From positions 1,408,001 to 1,472,000 of the forward strand of contig OZ223209.1 in the NCBI GenBank assembly GCA_965140415.1: a stretch of DNA of 64,000 bases. The letters are read 5' to 3'. Of the stretch, positions 28,670-40,033 are shown piece after piece. Source of the DNA: Myxococcota bacterium. Its GTDB lineage: Bacteria; Myxococcota_A; SURF-8. Position numbers and translations under genes: made by a program. Within the stretch, counting starts at the first letter, position 1. Every line of letters starts with the position of its first letter. A model generated the notes under the pieces. The model made no database searches. It saw only the letters and a program-made list of their open reading frames with translations, and was not told the origin of the DNA.

Positions 28670-29943
28670 AACGCATGTACAAATGGTTCAGTTCAGCAAG
28701 CGCTTTGCCGGTCGCGTTGTATTCGTTGTCCAAATCGGATTTGCGCGCGGGTGTGCTGCGGCGCTACTGGCCGGAAAAGATCAATACCGAGGTCGAGGCT
28801 TCCGGGGCCAATCGTTTGTGGGTGCAGGCAGCCAGCGCCGGGGAAGTGCAGCTGGCGAATCTCTTTGCTACGCATTACATGCAGCACCATCCCGATGCCG
28901 AATTGCTGCTGACCTGCAATACATCATCCGGTGTGAAAGTTGCCGGAAACGGACCCTGGCAGCACGTGCGGCGCTTTCCGTTCGATGCGCATCCGAGCCT
29001 GCTTCGACTCTTCGAGCAGTTCAAGCCGACCGGTATCGTAACGGTCGAAATGGAATTGTGGCCGGGTCTGCTTCAGATCGCGCGGGAGCGGCGGGTGCCG
29101 GTAAGCGTGATCAATGCCCGCATGGCCGAATCGAGTGTGGCTCGGTACCGCTCGTTGAATGAGAAATTCGATGGTTTGTTTGCCTATCCGCTGTATCTGA
29201 CTCGCCAGGATGCCGACATGGAAAATCTGGCTGCCGTAGGCGTACCGCTGGAGCAGTTGTTGATCACCGGTGAAATGAAAGTGGATATGACGGTCGAGCG
29301 CTTTGTGACAAGCGAAAACAAGCAACCAAGGGAAGCGATCAAGCGCGAGTTTTTATTGGGAGTCAGTACGCATCGAGGCGAAGAGCAGATTTTACTGGAT
29401 GCGTTTTCTCAACTGAAGCCGCATTTTCCCGAATTGCGCCTGCTGCTTGCGCCTCGACATCAGCGCCGGGCGGCGCACGTCATGCAGTTGGCGATGAAAG
29501 CCGGGTTCACCTGCGCCAGGCTCAGCCGTTCGGATATTCAGGATCAGGATTGGACCGACGTGCTGATCGAGGATCGCTTTGGCTATATGGAATACTGGTT
29601 TTCTCGGGCGATCATTGCCTTTGTGGGCGGATCGCTGGTGCAGTCGGGCGGGCACAACGTGCTTGAGCCATTGTTTTTCCTTACTCCGGTGTTAACCGGT
29701 CCGCATGTGGCCAACTGGGAACATTGGGTCAAATTGTTGGATGATTCCGGCGCGTTGTCCATGGTGGAAAATGCTACCGATATTGCAAGAATTACCGGAA
29801 TCGTGATAGAAGAAGAGAAGGAGTTGTTGCCGATGCTGGTGTCTGCCAAAATGAGGGTGGAACAGCAACTGGGAGCAACCGATCGCAACGTGGATCTCGT
29901 ATCCCGACTGCTGCAAGGAGCGTCGCCTGGTGGCCCTAACTGA
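28666..29943 (+). CDS. waaA: 3-deoxy-D-manno-octulosonic acid (Kdo) transferase
   Basis: WVQAASAGE, EMELWP, INARM, STHRGEE, LAPRH, FVGGSL-GGHNVLEP. Confidence 0.92.
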   Translation: MKRMYKWFSSASALPVALYSLSKSDLRAGVLRRYWPEKINTEVEASGANRLWVQAASAGEVQLANLFATHYMQHHPDAELLLTCNTSSGVKVAGNGPWQHVRRFPFDAHPSLLRLFEQFKPTGIVTVEMELWPGLLQIARERRVPVSVINARMAESSVARYRSLNEKFDGLFAYPLYLTRQDADMENLAAVGVPLEQLLITGEMKVDMTVERFVTSENKQPREAIKREFLLGVSTHRGEEQILLDAFSQLKPHFPELRLLLAPRHQRRAAHVMQLAMKAGFTCARLSRSDIQDQDWTDVLIEDRFGYMEYWFSRAIIAFVGGSLVQSGGHNVLEPLFFLTPVLTGPHVANWEHWVKLLDDSGALSMVENATDIARITGIVIEEEKELLPMLVSAKMRVEQQLGATDRNVDLVSRLLQGASPGGPN

Positions 29944-30991
29944 CGACAAATGGTACAAGGGATTGCTGGAACCGCTGGCGGCAATATACCGCAGTGCGGC
30001 CAGTGCGCGGCGGCAGTCCTACGAAATGGGCAAGCGGCCTCAGCATAAGCTTCCCCGCCCGGTGATCAGTGTCGGCAATCTGACTGTCGGTGGCACCGGA
30101 AAAACACCGTTGACGCTATATCTCTGCGAAAAATTCTCTGGCTGGTGCAATGTTGCGATACTGAGTCGCGGGTACGGGCGCAAGGGAAAACGTTCCTATG
30201 CGCGTGTGCCGGACGTGCGCCTGCTCGATGAACGGGCGGCTCTCTTTTTTGGAGATGAACCGGTGATGCTGGCGCGTCGTGCGCCCAATGCCTCGGTGCA
30301 TGTCGGCCCTTCCCGCTACAACTCCGGATTGAATGCCCTGGCGGCCACGGCGGTCGATCTGTTCGTATTGGACGACGGCTTCCAGCATATCGAACTGCAC
30401 CGCGACCTGGATATCGTGGTATTGGATGGCGAGGACGATCCGCGTAGCCTGTCACCGTTGCCTGCGGGACCGTTGCGCGAGCCGGTAGAGGCGATCGGAC
30501 GGGCGGATATTGTGGTGATCAACCACTGCGATCCCGACGGCAAACACGCCATCGACATGTACTGGCTGCGCAGCCAGTGTCCGACTGCCCCGATTGTACT
30601 GAGTAATTACAAATTCGATGACTATGTCGAATTGAAGAGCCAGGTGCATTTGGAACAGGAGGAAATCGAGCCGCATCCGCTGTTCGCTTTTTGCGGAATC
30701 GGCAAGCCGGATGTTTTCCTGAAGCAGTTGAAGGGACAGAAACTTAATGTGGTCGGGCACCGCTTTTTTGCCGATCACCACGTCTTTTCAGGTCGTGAAC
30801 TGAAGCAGATCGAGCAGGAGGCCATTTCCGTCGGTGCGGCGGGATTGATTACGACCGAAAAGGACGCCATGCGGATAGCGACTTCCAAAATTCGCGGTCT
30901 GCCGATTTACACCATGTCGGTTTCATTGAATATCCTCCAAGGCGAAGAAGCGATGTGGGAGCGCATCGGAGAGGTGTTGCATGTCGGCTAG
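29930..30991 (+). CDS. lpxK: Tetraacyldisaccharide 4'-kinase
   Basis: SVGNLTVGGTGKTP, SRGYG, GDEP, LDDGFQH, PAGPLRE, TTEKD. Confidence 0.97.
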   Translation: MALTDDKWYKGLLEPLAAIYRSAASARRQSYEMGKRPQHKLPRPVISVGNLTVGGTGKTPLTLYLCEKFSGWCNVAILSRGYGRKGKRSYARVPDVRLLDERAALFFGDEPVMLARRAPNASVHVGPSRYNSGLNALAATAVDLFVLDDGFQHIELHRDLDIVVLDGEDDPRSLSPLPAGPLREPVEAIGRADIVVINHCDPDGKHAIDMYWLRSQCPTAPIVLSNYKFDDYVELKSQVHLEQEEIEPHPLFAFCGIGKPDVFLKQLKGQKLNVVGHRFFADHHVFSGRELKQIEQEAISVGAAGLITTEKDAMRIATSKIRGLPIYTMSVSLNILQGEEAMWERIGEVLHVG

Positions 30992-31880
30992 GCCGATTTT
31001 CCGCTTGCTTCTTGCCTTCTTTCGCATCCTTCCCGAATCGTTGGCCCTGTTTCTTGGCAGACTATTGGGCTATTTCTGGTATTACATCGTTCCAATTCGG
31101 CGCACGGTGGTGCAAGAGCAACTACGCCGTGCACTGGGGACAGAGCGCCCACCGGATGAATTGCGGCACATCGCTCGCGGAGTCTTCGTCAACCTGACAA
31201 TGAATCTTGTCGAATTCCTGCGCCTGAACCCGGAGCAGCCGGAACGCATTCTGCAAAAAGTGAGCAGACAGGCAATGGAGCGTTTCGAGGCTGCTGCCGC
31301 CAAAGGCAAGGGCGTATTGGTGCTGACGGCACATTTTGGCAACTGGGACTTGCTCTGCTGTTCGCAGTCGCTGGCGGGACATCCGATCACGATTCTGTCC
31401 AAGCAGATCAAGCCGGACTGGCTAAACGAGTATTGGATGTCTACCCGTTCCCGTTGCGGGGTGCGAATCCTGCCCACGCGTCACGTCCGTACGGAATTAT
31501 TGCAGCGATTGACCGATGATCAGGTGATCGGGTTCGTCATCGATCAGCACATGCCGGAAAAGCGCGGTATCGCAAGCGAATTCTTTGGGCGACCGGCTTC
31601 TACGACTCCCGGATTGGCGGAGTTGTCCCTGGACAGCGGAGCGCCTGTCGTCCCGATTTTCATTGAACGGTTGGAAAACGGACGCCACCGGATGTGGGTT
31701 GAGGAAGCGATTGAACCTATTTTGGATGCTGAGCGCAGTGAATGCGTGCAGCGCTTGACCGACCGCTATAATCAGGTGCTCGAAGAGGTGGTGCGTCAAC
31801 GTCCCGATCACTGGCTCTGGCTGCATCGCCGATGGAAAATTGCCCAGAAATCCGAGCCGCAGACTAAAAAAAGGGGATAG
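30981..31880 (+). CDS. Lipid A late acyltransferase (LpxL/HtrB family)
   Basis: TAHFGNWD, DQ, FFGRPA, PDHWLWLHRRWK. Confidence 0.92.
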   Translation: MSARPIFRLLLAFFRILPESLALFLGRLLGYFWYYIVPIRRTVVQEQLRRALGTERPPDELRHIARGVFVNLTMNLVEFLRLNPEQPERILQKVSRQAMERFEAAAAKGKGVLVLTAHFGNWDLLCCSQSLAGHPITILSKQIKPDWLNEYWMSTRSRCGVRILPTRHVRTELLQRLTDDQVIGFVIDQHMPEKRGIASEFFGRPASTTPGLAELSLDSGAPVVPIFIERLENGRHRMWVEEAIEPILDAERSECVQRLTDRYNQVLEEVVRQRPDHWLWLHRRWKIAQKSEPQTKKRG

Positions 31881-31920
31881 ATTCTTAATCATTTTTTGCG
31901 ACATGTATTGTTTAAATTTC

Positions 31921-32081
31921 TGTAGCGGCGAGGCGTCAGCCCGCCGACGTGTGGCATGGGCCAAGCGGAGAGAAACGAAGCTTGCCCATGTGGCCCTTGA
32001 ACGCAGGCAAACCTGCGGTTTAGCCCGCGCCACCCTGAAATCAACTAGTGTTTTCCGGCGGGCTGACGCCTCGCCGCTACA
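31921..32081. repeat. Inverted doublet of GTAG-type REP sequences (REPIN-like element)
   Basis: 26-bp perfect inverted repeats 31921-31946 and 32056-32081 (TGTAGCGGCGAGGCGTCAGCCCGCCG); each is GTAG plus an imperfect palindrome; 109-bp spacer. Confidence 0.8.
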
Positions 32082-32417
32082 AGAAGACATCGCTAATAAT
32101 GGATAATAACTCCATTAACCCTAAAACCAGAAAGCAGAACGGGCAGACAAAAATCCACAAGGCCCACCATCAAGGAAGGAAAAAGGATGCTACCAGCACT
32201 TTTCGTTCGAATCGGGAAAGCTCCCCGGAAAGGGGAGTTGAAGACTAAAAAAAGCTAGCCAACCAGTTGTATTTACATGGGCTGGAACAACCGCTTTTCC
32301 CTTGCGTTTTTCCACGAAGCACGATAGTTTACCGTCTCGTTTATTCGACTCGACGGGATCGAGTCAATGTGATTCGTGCGATTGAATAACGATGGTTGCA
32401 AGCTTCGGAGAAGCGAG

Positions 32418-33032
32418 ATGCTGCTCGAAATCAATACGGAAAACCCACAAGTTCGGCACGTTCGCCGCGTGGTTGAAACGATTAAAAAGGGTGGGATTGT
32501 GGTGTATCCGACCGATTCCACTTACGGTTTCGGCTGCGACCTGTTCAATAAACGCGCCATGGAAAAAATCCTGGCCATCAAGCGTATGCCGAAGAACAAG
32601 CTGCTGTCGTTGATCTGCCCGGATCTGAAACTGGTCAGCCAGTACGGCTACGTGACCAACCAGTCCTATAAACTGATGAAGCGCTGCCTGCCGGGGCCGT
32701 ATACTTTCGTATTGAAGGCCACCCAGTTGGTGCCGCGCATCATGATGACCAAACAGAAAACCATCGGTATCCGTATGCCGGAAAACCAGGTGGCGCTGGA
32801 TATCGTTACCGAATTGGGACATCCGATCATCACTACGTCCGTGCGCCTGGAAAACGAAGATATCATGAGTGAACCTTATGAAATCGAGGATCGCCTGGGA
32901 CATCTGGTGGATATCGTGATCGATGCCGGAATTATTCTGCCGTATCCGTCCAGCGTACTGGATCTGAGCGGCGATATGCCGATCGTCCTGCGCGAAGGAA
33001 AAGGGGATACCTCTTTCATCATCACCGAGTGA
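32418..33032 (+). CDS. SUA5/YrdC/YciO family protein (threonylcarbamoyl-AMP synthase-like)
   Basis: VYPTDSTYGFGC, LPGPYTFVL, IGIRMP, TTS, PSSVLDL, LREGKG; ATG 32418 after GGAG. Confidence 0.92.
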   Translation: MLLEINTENPQVRHVRRVVETIKKGGIVVYPTDSTYGFGCDLFNKRAMEKILAIKRMPKNKLLSLICPDLKLVSQYGYVTNQSYKLMKRCLPGPYTFVLKATQLVPRIMMTKQKTIGIRMPENQVALDIVTELGHPIITTSVRLENEDIMSEPYEIEDRLGHLVDIVIDAGIILPYPSSVLDLSGDMPIVLREGKGDTSFIITE

Positions 33033-33087
33033 TCCGGCCCGTGTATGTGTTTGATCGCCAGCCTTTGAACCGAATGGTCCACCTGAC

Positions 33088-35303
<2,216 letters not shown>

Positions 35304-35520
35304 GGCAGATTCAGGTTCATAGAGGAACTATTATTCATTTCTTTCCATCGAGTTATCGAGATGTGCTATGGTCTCACGGAATGGAATTTCCAGGAGGCCG
35401 TGTGTAACTTAATGAAAACACACAGCCTTCCACGATCTTTGATCGTGTAAGACTATGGCACACATTCTTGGAATCGGTGGCTAAATATGACGAATACTTA
35501 GTCTAAGTACGCCTCAACGA

Positions 35521-35556
35521 AAACGGGCAGACCCTTTGGCCTGCCCTTTGTGTTTT
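35521..35556. terminator. Probable intrinsic terminator hairpin
   Basis: GGGCAG...CTGCCC flanked by A and T runs between convergent genes. Confidence 0.6.
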
Positions 35557-35574
35557 CCGATGGATAACGGAAGC

Positions 35575-36363
35575 TTAGTTAATTTTGGCTTCGCTGTCAT
35601 TTTCTTCAATATCGTCCGCGTCGTCTAACTCATGATAAACCAGGATGCGGCTACAGGCCGGGCAGGCCATCAGTTCGTTGCCGCGAATCAACTCGTTGAA
35701 CATCTGTGGCGGAATCGCCATGTTGCAGGTCAGGCAATGACCGTGCGCCACGCGCGAAATGGCAAGCCCTTCTTTGCGCTCGGCGATGTACTCGTATTTC
35801 AGATAGATGCTTTCATCGATATCTTCAATCATTTCATCACGCTGGTCGTACAAACCTTCCAGTTTCTCATCCAATTCTTTCAGATTGGTTTCCAATTCCT
35901 TGCGGGTCTCTTTTTGCTTTTGCAGCATGGTGGCGATGTCGCTTTCAAGCGATTTGCGATCCTCTAGAATCTGCTTGATCCGTTTTTTAATGCCAACGAT
36001 ATCTTCCTGGATTTCTTCGCTGGTCTGCTCCTGGTGCTCTACTTCGCGAACGAATGCTTCGTACTGCTTGATGTTGTCTACCGCTGTTTCCTTACTGCGT
36101 GCATTCTTCAACTTGATGTTTTCCAGATCCAGGATTCTCTGCTTGTCGGTCAATTCGCTTTCCAGTTGAGCGACCTGGTTTTCACTGTCATCCAATTGAT
36201 GCCGTTTGCTCATCAGAGCGCTTTCCAGTTTTTCCTGCTGCTCGGGAATAAGCTCCCGTTCTTCTTCCAGATCCATGATGCGATTGTCGAGCTGTTGCAA
36301 ATCGAGCAATTTCACTAACTGGATATGTGTGTAGCTTTGTTCGACGGGAGTGGTGATAGCCAT
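35575..36363 (-). CDS. Coiled-coil protein with C4 zinc ribbon (DUF164 / CT398-HP0958 type)
   Basis: LLDLQQLD, long heptad region, CLTCNMAIPPQ...CPACSRIL; GGAGG RBS. Confidence 0.92.
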   Translation of the reverse strand: MAITTPVEQSYTHIQLVKLLDLQQLDNRIMDLEEERELIPEQQEKLESALMSKRHQLDDSENQVAQLESELTDKQRILDLENIKLKNARSKETAVDNIKQYEAFVREVEHQEQTSEEIQEDIVGIKKRIKQILEDRKSLESDIATMLQKQKETRKELETNLKELDEKLEGLYDQRDEMIEDIDESIYLKYEYIAERKEGLAISRVAHGHCLTCNMAIPPQMFNELIRGNELMACPACSRILVYHELDDADDIEENDSEAKIN

Positions 36364-36610
36364 ACTTCAAGCCTCCAACTTGGGGTGATCGTAACCGAGA
36401 AACCGAAAACCGTAGCGAATTCGCTCCGGAAAACCTCGTTTCGTCCTTGTCTGCATGAAATAAGGGAACGGGGACATTCCTGGACGAAAGGAAGATGAAT
36501 GGTGGTGTGTTTCAAGAAGTCGATTCATCTGAGTCATGTTGTAACGCACCGAGGGACTCGGATCAGGTCGGTTTTCATGGCGAAGGTTGTCTCGTGCATC
36601 AACAACCAGA

Positions 36611-36650
36611 AAGACGCCTGGGCGAGAATGCCAGGCGTCTTGCTCTTTTT
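36611..36650. terminator. Hairpin/terminator downstream of the tRNA
   Basis: AAGACGCCTGG-9nt-CCAGGCGTCTT. Confidence 0.6.
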
Positions 36651-36731
36651 CATTACATGCACACATCAAAATAACCAGGGATCGATAACCTTCCGCCATA
36701 CTTCATAACCGTCGTGATCCGGGTTGAAATA

Positions 36732-36807
36732 TGGTGGGCCCACCAGGACTTGAACCTGGGACCAACCGGTTATGAGCCGGGGGCTCTACCAACTGAGCTA
36801 TAGGCCC
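36732..36807 (-). tRNA. tRNA with CAT anticodon, most likely tRNA-Ile2 (lysidine-modified)
   Basis: GGGCCTATAGCTCAGTTGGTAGAGCCCCCGGCTCATAACCGGTTGGTCCCAGGTTCAAGTCCTGGTGGGCCCACCA: 76 nt, cloverleaf, encoded CCA; the GGGCC acceptor stem is typical of Ile2 rather than fMet. Confidence 0.93.
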
Positions 36808-36824
36808 ATAAAAACGGATTCCAG

Positions 36825-36852
36825 AGTATAGAGAAAAATCGATGAATTGCAA
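36825..36852 (-). promoter_or_regulatory. Sigma-70 promoter for the tRNA
   Basis: TTGCAA-16-TATACT on the minus strand just upstream of the tRNA. Confidence 0.6.
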
Positions 36853-36890
36853 GAAAAATAACGTAGCACAGATGTTTCACTGTGATGTTG

Positions 36891-37574
36891 TTACTGTACC
36901 CCGTTGATATAACACCAGAATTGACTCCGGGTGCCTTGTTGCAACTCACCTTTTTCCCGTTCGTACCAATCCATTTCTTCATTCGGCTTCGGGTCTTGAG
37001 CGAGTAGGGGCTGAATCCCCATCGTATTCAGTGCCTGTTTCGTATAGCCCCGTACTCCGGGATCGGGATGACTGAGCGAGCGATTCTGCAACACCGCCTT
37101 GCCATCTGCGTAACAGCTCGGTTCTACTTCCGAAATGCGCGCCATCGCCCAGTGAATGCCCCGCTCGAAGGGCTCTTCGTACATGAAGTAGACCAGAAAG
37201 CGCGCGAATTCGGGAATCAGGATGGGGGCGCAGGCCAGAATTTCACCCATGGCCTCCGGCGCTTGATAGATTACACCGCCGGATTCGTCGTTCATGTGCC
37301 ATAACAGACGGCGCATCGCCTCCCGGATGTTTTCAATACGGTCTTTTTCCACTGCTTCTCGCGCCAGGATGCCCAGCCCTTCCACTGCCCGCCAGCGGAT
37401 TTGCAGATCCTCATCCAGCAGAAAGCGGATCATCATACCGAATTCACGTCGATCGCCACGGCTCCATTGAGCCAGACCTTCCCAGTCGCGCCGGGCAAGG
37501 AAATCGGCAATGGCCTGTTTGCGTTTGTTACGAGAACCTGCTGGAATTGCTGCTGTTTCCGTACTTCCGTTCAT
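36891..37574 (-). CDS. HEAT/ARM-like protein, DVU0298-like family
   Basis: WRAVEGLG, RRLLWHMNDESGG...APEAMGEI, WAMARI, DPGVRG. Confidence 0.75.
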   Translation of the reverse strand: MNGSTETAAIPAGSRNKRKQAIADFLARRDWEGLAQWSRGDRREFGMMIRFLLDEDLQIRWRAVEGLGILAREAVEKDRIENIREAMRRLLWHMNDESGGVIYQAPEAMGEILACAPILIPEFARFLVYFMYEEPFERGIHWAMARISEVEPSCYADGKAVLQNRSLSHPDPGVRGYTKQALNTMGIQPLLAQDPKPNEEMDWYEREKGELQQGTRSQFWCYINGVQ

Positions 37575-37580
37575 ATTGTA

Positions 37581-38102
37581 TCATGCTCCCGTATCGGTGG
37601 GGGTCGGTAGAGTCAGTACGCGCTGGGCCAGTTCGCGGTCGATCATGAACAGGGTGTGTCCGTCCTGGCCGAAACGCCGCAAGCGCTGGACAATGTCCCT
37701 TGCCGAGGCTTCTTCCTCGATCTGCTCGTTGATGAACCATTGCAGGAAGAAATTCGTGGCGTGATCGCCTTCCGAAAGAGCCTGCTTCGCCAGTTCGTTG
37801 ATGCGCGCGGAGACGCTGCGCTCGTGTTCCAGCGCTTCCTGAAATGCCTCCAGCGGCGATTCCCAGGAAGTCTTAGGCGCTTCGATGGCTTTCAGTGTGA
37901 CGCGCCCGTCCCGTTCGTTGACGTAATTGAAGAACTTGTCGACGTGCAGCAGTTCTTCGCGCGTCTGCACCTGCATCCAGTTGGCAAAACCGGGCAGATC
38001 GCTTTCTTCGAAGTAGGCAGCCATTGCATAGTATAAATAGGAAGAAAACAGTTCGTAATTGATCTGATCGTTGATCATGCTCTGCATTTTCTCGCTGATC
38101 AT
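37581..38102 (-). CDS. ftnA: Non-heme ferritin
   Basis: QINYELFSSYLY, GFANWM, EELLH, ALEHE, FLQWFINEQIEEE; ATG 38102 with AGGA RBS. Confidence 0.93.
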   Translation of the reverse strand: MISEKMQSMINDQINYELFSSYLYYAMAAYFEESDLPGFANWMQVQTREELLHVDKFFNYVNERDGRVTLKAIEAPKTSWESPLEAFQEALEHERSVSARINELAKQALSEGDHATNFFLQWFINEQIEEEASARDIVQRLRRFGQDGHTLFMIDRELAQRVLTLPTPTDTGA

Positions 38103-38166
38103 CTCATGTTTCCTTTCTCGTTTTAGAGCGGATCTTTTAGTCGGATTCACTCCAACGGCTTGACAG

Positions 38167-38622
38167 TTAATTTTCTTGCAGGACGTTCTGGTCGTATTCG
38201 ACTTCGAAGCGCAGTTTGTGACCGGCTTCGTCGTGGGCCAGAGACTTGAAAACGTTGCTCAATTCTTCGTTGTCCGTACTGGCTGCAAGATCGCTATATA
38301 ACTTGAACGCGGCTTTCTCTTTTTTCATTGCCAGAATCAACGCATCCTGGTAGCTCATGTTTTCGTGGGTTTCGACCAGTACCAGATAGTCGGCGATGCG
38401 CAGATCCGCAACCGGCTTGGCTTGTGAGGGCACCAGCTTTCCGCTCTTGATCTGCTCCAATCGCGTTTTGTGGCGTGCTTCTTCTGCCGCAAAGCCGCGA
38501 AAAACTTTTTTCAGCGCTTCGCTGCTTACCCGTTCGGCCCAATCCAGGTAAAAATCGCGGGCCTGTTCCTCTTCACCAATGGCGAAGTCCAGGATTTCTT
38601 CTAGAGAATTGAATTCTGGCAT
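38167..38622 (-). CDS. Rubrerythrin-like ferritin family protein (no rubredoxin domain)
   Basis: ILDFAIGEE, FY, EEARH, AMKKEKAAFKLY, DEAGHKLRFE. Confidence 0.9.
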   Translation of the reverse strand: MPEFNSLEEILDFAIGEEEQARDFYLDWAERVSSEALKKVFRGFAAEEARHKTRLEQIKSGKLVPSQAKPVADLRIADYLVLVETHENMSYQDALILAMKKEKAAFKLYSDLAASTDNEELSNVFKSLAHDEAGHKLRFEVEYDQNVLQEN

Positions 38623-38715
38623 GCGTATCTTCCTTTGCCTTGGACCGGATCCGTCCCAAGATCCGGCTACCGGTTGCCGAAAATAAATGGCCAATCGACC
38701 TGGGGACCGTTCTAC

Positions 38716-39156
38716 TCAGGGATACAGCCCTTTCTTGATCAGTGCAAGATTTTCCAATAATTCATCGTGTTTTTTCTCATCCGTCAGCAGATAGGATAGC
38801 AGGTAGCGAGCCATGGCCAGGCTGGGATCGGAAGAGCCTTCCAAGGCTTTGGAGACCGTGTCGACGATCGCTTTGGCGTTCTGTTCGATACGCATATGCA
38901 ATTCAATCGCGCCCCACACTTTTTCCAAGTCCTCGACCTGGATACTCGTTGTTGGCCGTTCCAGCGAATCGATGATCATCTGTTGTACGCGATAATGCAT
39001 GTGCGAATCGCGCTGGATGATTTCCATTACCAGCCGGATCAGGGGATGGTCGGTTTCGCTCATTACCTTGCTGGCCTGGGTGATGGTGGCGTTTTCTGCG
39101 TTCTGCCATAATTTTAATGATTGTGCCAGATTCTGTTGTTTTTGCTTTGTGTCCAT
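38716..39156 (-). CDS. Small ferritin-like four-helix protein
   Basis: E...DSHMH and E...DEKKH di-iron-like motifs. Confidence 0.7.
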   Translation of the reverse strand: MDTKQKQQNLAQSLKLWQNAENATITQASKVMSETDHPLIRLVMEIIQRDSHMHYRVQQMIIDSLERPTTSIQVEDLEKVWGAIELHMRIEQNAKAIVDTVSKALEGSSDPSLAMARYLLSYLLTDEKKHDELLENLALIKKGLYP

Positions 39157-39383
39157 ATCTACTTCCTTTATTTGTTTGCAATTAAAAGCTGAGTTTGTCT
39201 CTCAAGGTGCTTTTCATTGATAAAGAAGAGAATTGGCGGTGCTTTATTCCTGCTTCTGCTTTTTGTGAACAGGTTTGTTGCTCTTGATCGGTTTTATCCT
39301 TGCCAAGGTCGATGCTCCCCGCTATGCTGGCGCGTGAACGGCTGAGGGAGAAATGCACATACGCTCATTCGTACGGACGATCG

Positions 39384-40022
39384 ATGAACCCCCTGTACCC
39401 GATATTCATCAAACTTACAGACTGGCCGGTGCTGGTAATCGGTGCCGGTGACGTGGCGCGTCGCAAAATCCGAGGCTTGCTTGGACACGGGGCGCAGGTG
39501 CGTGTGGTGGCGATGCAGGCACATGAGAGTGTGCTGGAATGGGCCCAAAAATCCGAATTGCAATTGAGCCTGCGGGCGTTTGAAGATTCGGATCTCGATG
39601 GGGCGCGCTTGGTGGTGGTTGCCACCAACGATACGCCGCTAAACGAGCGCATCGCAGGGTTGTGCAATGAGCGTGGCTTGCTGCTCAATGTCGTAGACGT
39701 GCCCCACCTATGCAATTTCTACGCTCCTTCGGTTGTGGATCGTCATCCCTTCCAGATCGCCATTTCCACCAGTGGACAATCTCCGGCTCTGGCGCGGGAA
39801 ACGCGCCGTGAACTGGAAAAACAATATCCGAAAGAACTGGCCGGATACGTGGCGTTATTGGGAGAGTATCGAGAACGCGCCAAGCGTGAAGCGCCCGAAG
39901 CGGTGGGACGGGTCGGCGAAGGACTGGCGAAAAGCGAAGCCTGGGAACTCTGGCGAAATGGAAATGAAAAAGATGCGCTTGCCGTATTGGAGCGTGACTA
40001 TACAAGGTTGATTGCATCGTGA
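39384..40022 (+). CDS. Precorrin-2 dehydrogenase / sirohydrochlorin ferrochelatase (SirC/CysG-N type)
   Basis: YPIF, VIGAGDVARRK, AT-ND, NVVDVP-CNF, IAISTSGQSPALA; upstream TTGCCA-17-TATGCT promoter. Confidence 0.92.
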   Translation: MNPLYPIFIKLTDWPVLVIGAGDVARRKIRGLLGHGAQVRVVAMQAHESVLEWAQKSELQLSLRAFEDSDLDGARLVVVATNDTPLNERIAGLCNERGLLLNVVDVPHLCNFYAPSVVDRHPFQIAISTSGQSPALARETRRELEKQYPKELAGYVALLGEYRERAKREAPEAVGRVGEGLAKSEAWELWRNGNEKDALAVLERDYTRLIAS

Positions 40023-40033
40023 GGAGTGGCAAG

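Noticed and set aside
32220-32241. SRP-RNA-like hairpin AGCTCCCCGGAAAGGGGAGTT
   Set aside because: Lacks the internal-loop consensus of the SRP S domain; a simple hairpin.
35456-35472. Sigma-54-like TGGCACACATTCTTGG
   Set aside because: The -12 element is misplaced and reads GG rather than GC.
35304-35574. RNase P RNA expected downstream of the Zn-ribbon gene
   Set aside because: Too short and no GAGGAAAGTCC-like consensus on either strand.
36732-36807. tRNA-Met call, and tRNA-anchored integrative element
   Set aside because: The acceptor stem fits Ile2; no integrase and no duplicated tRNA 3' end was seen in the window.
39262-39280. Rex-like half site TTGTGAA
   Set aside because: The second half is not complementary.
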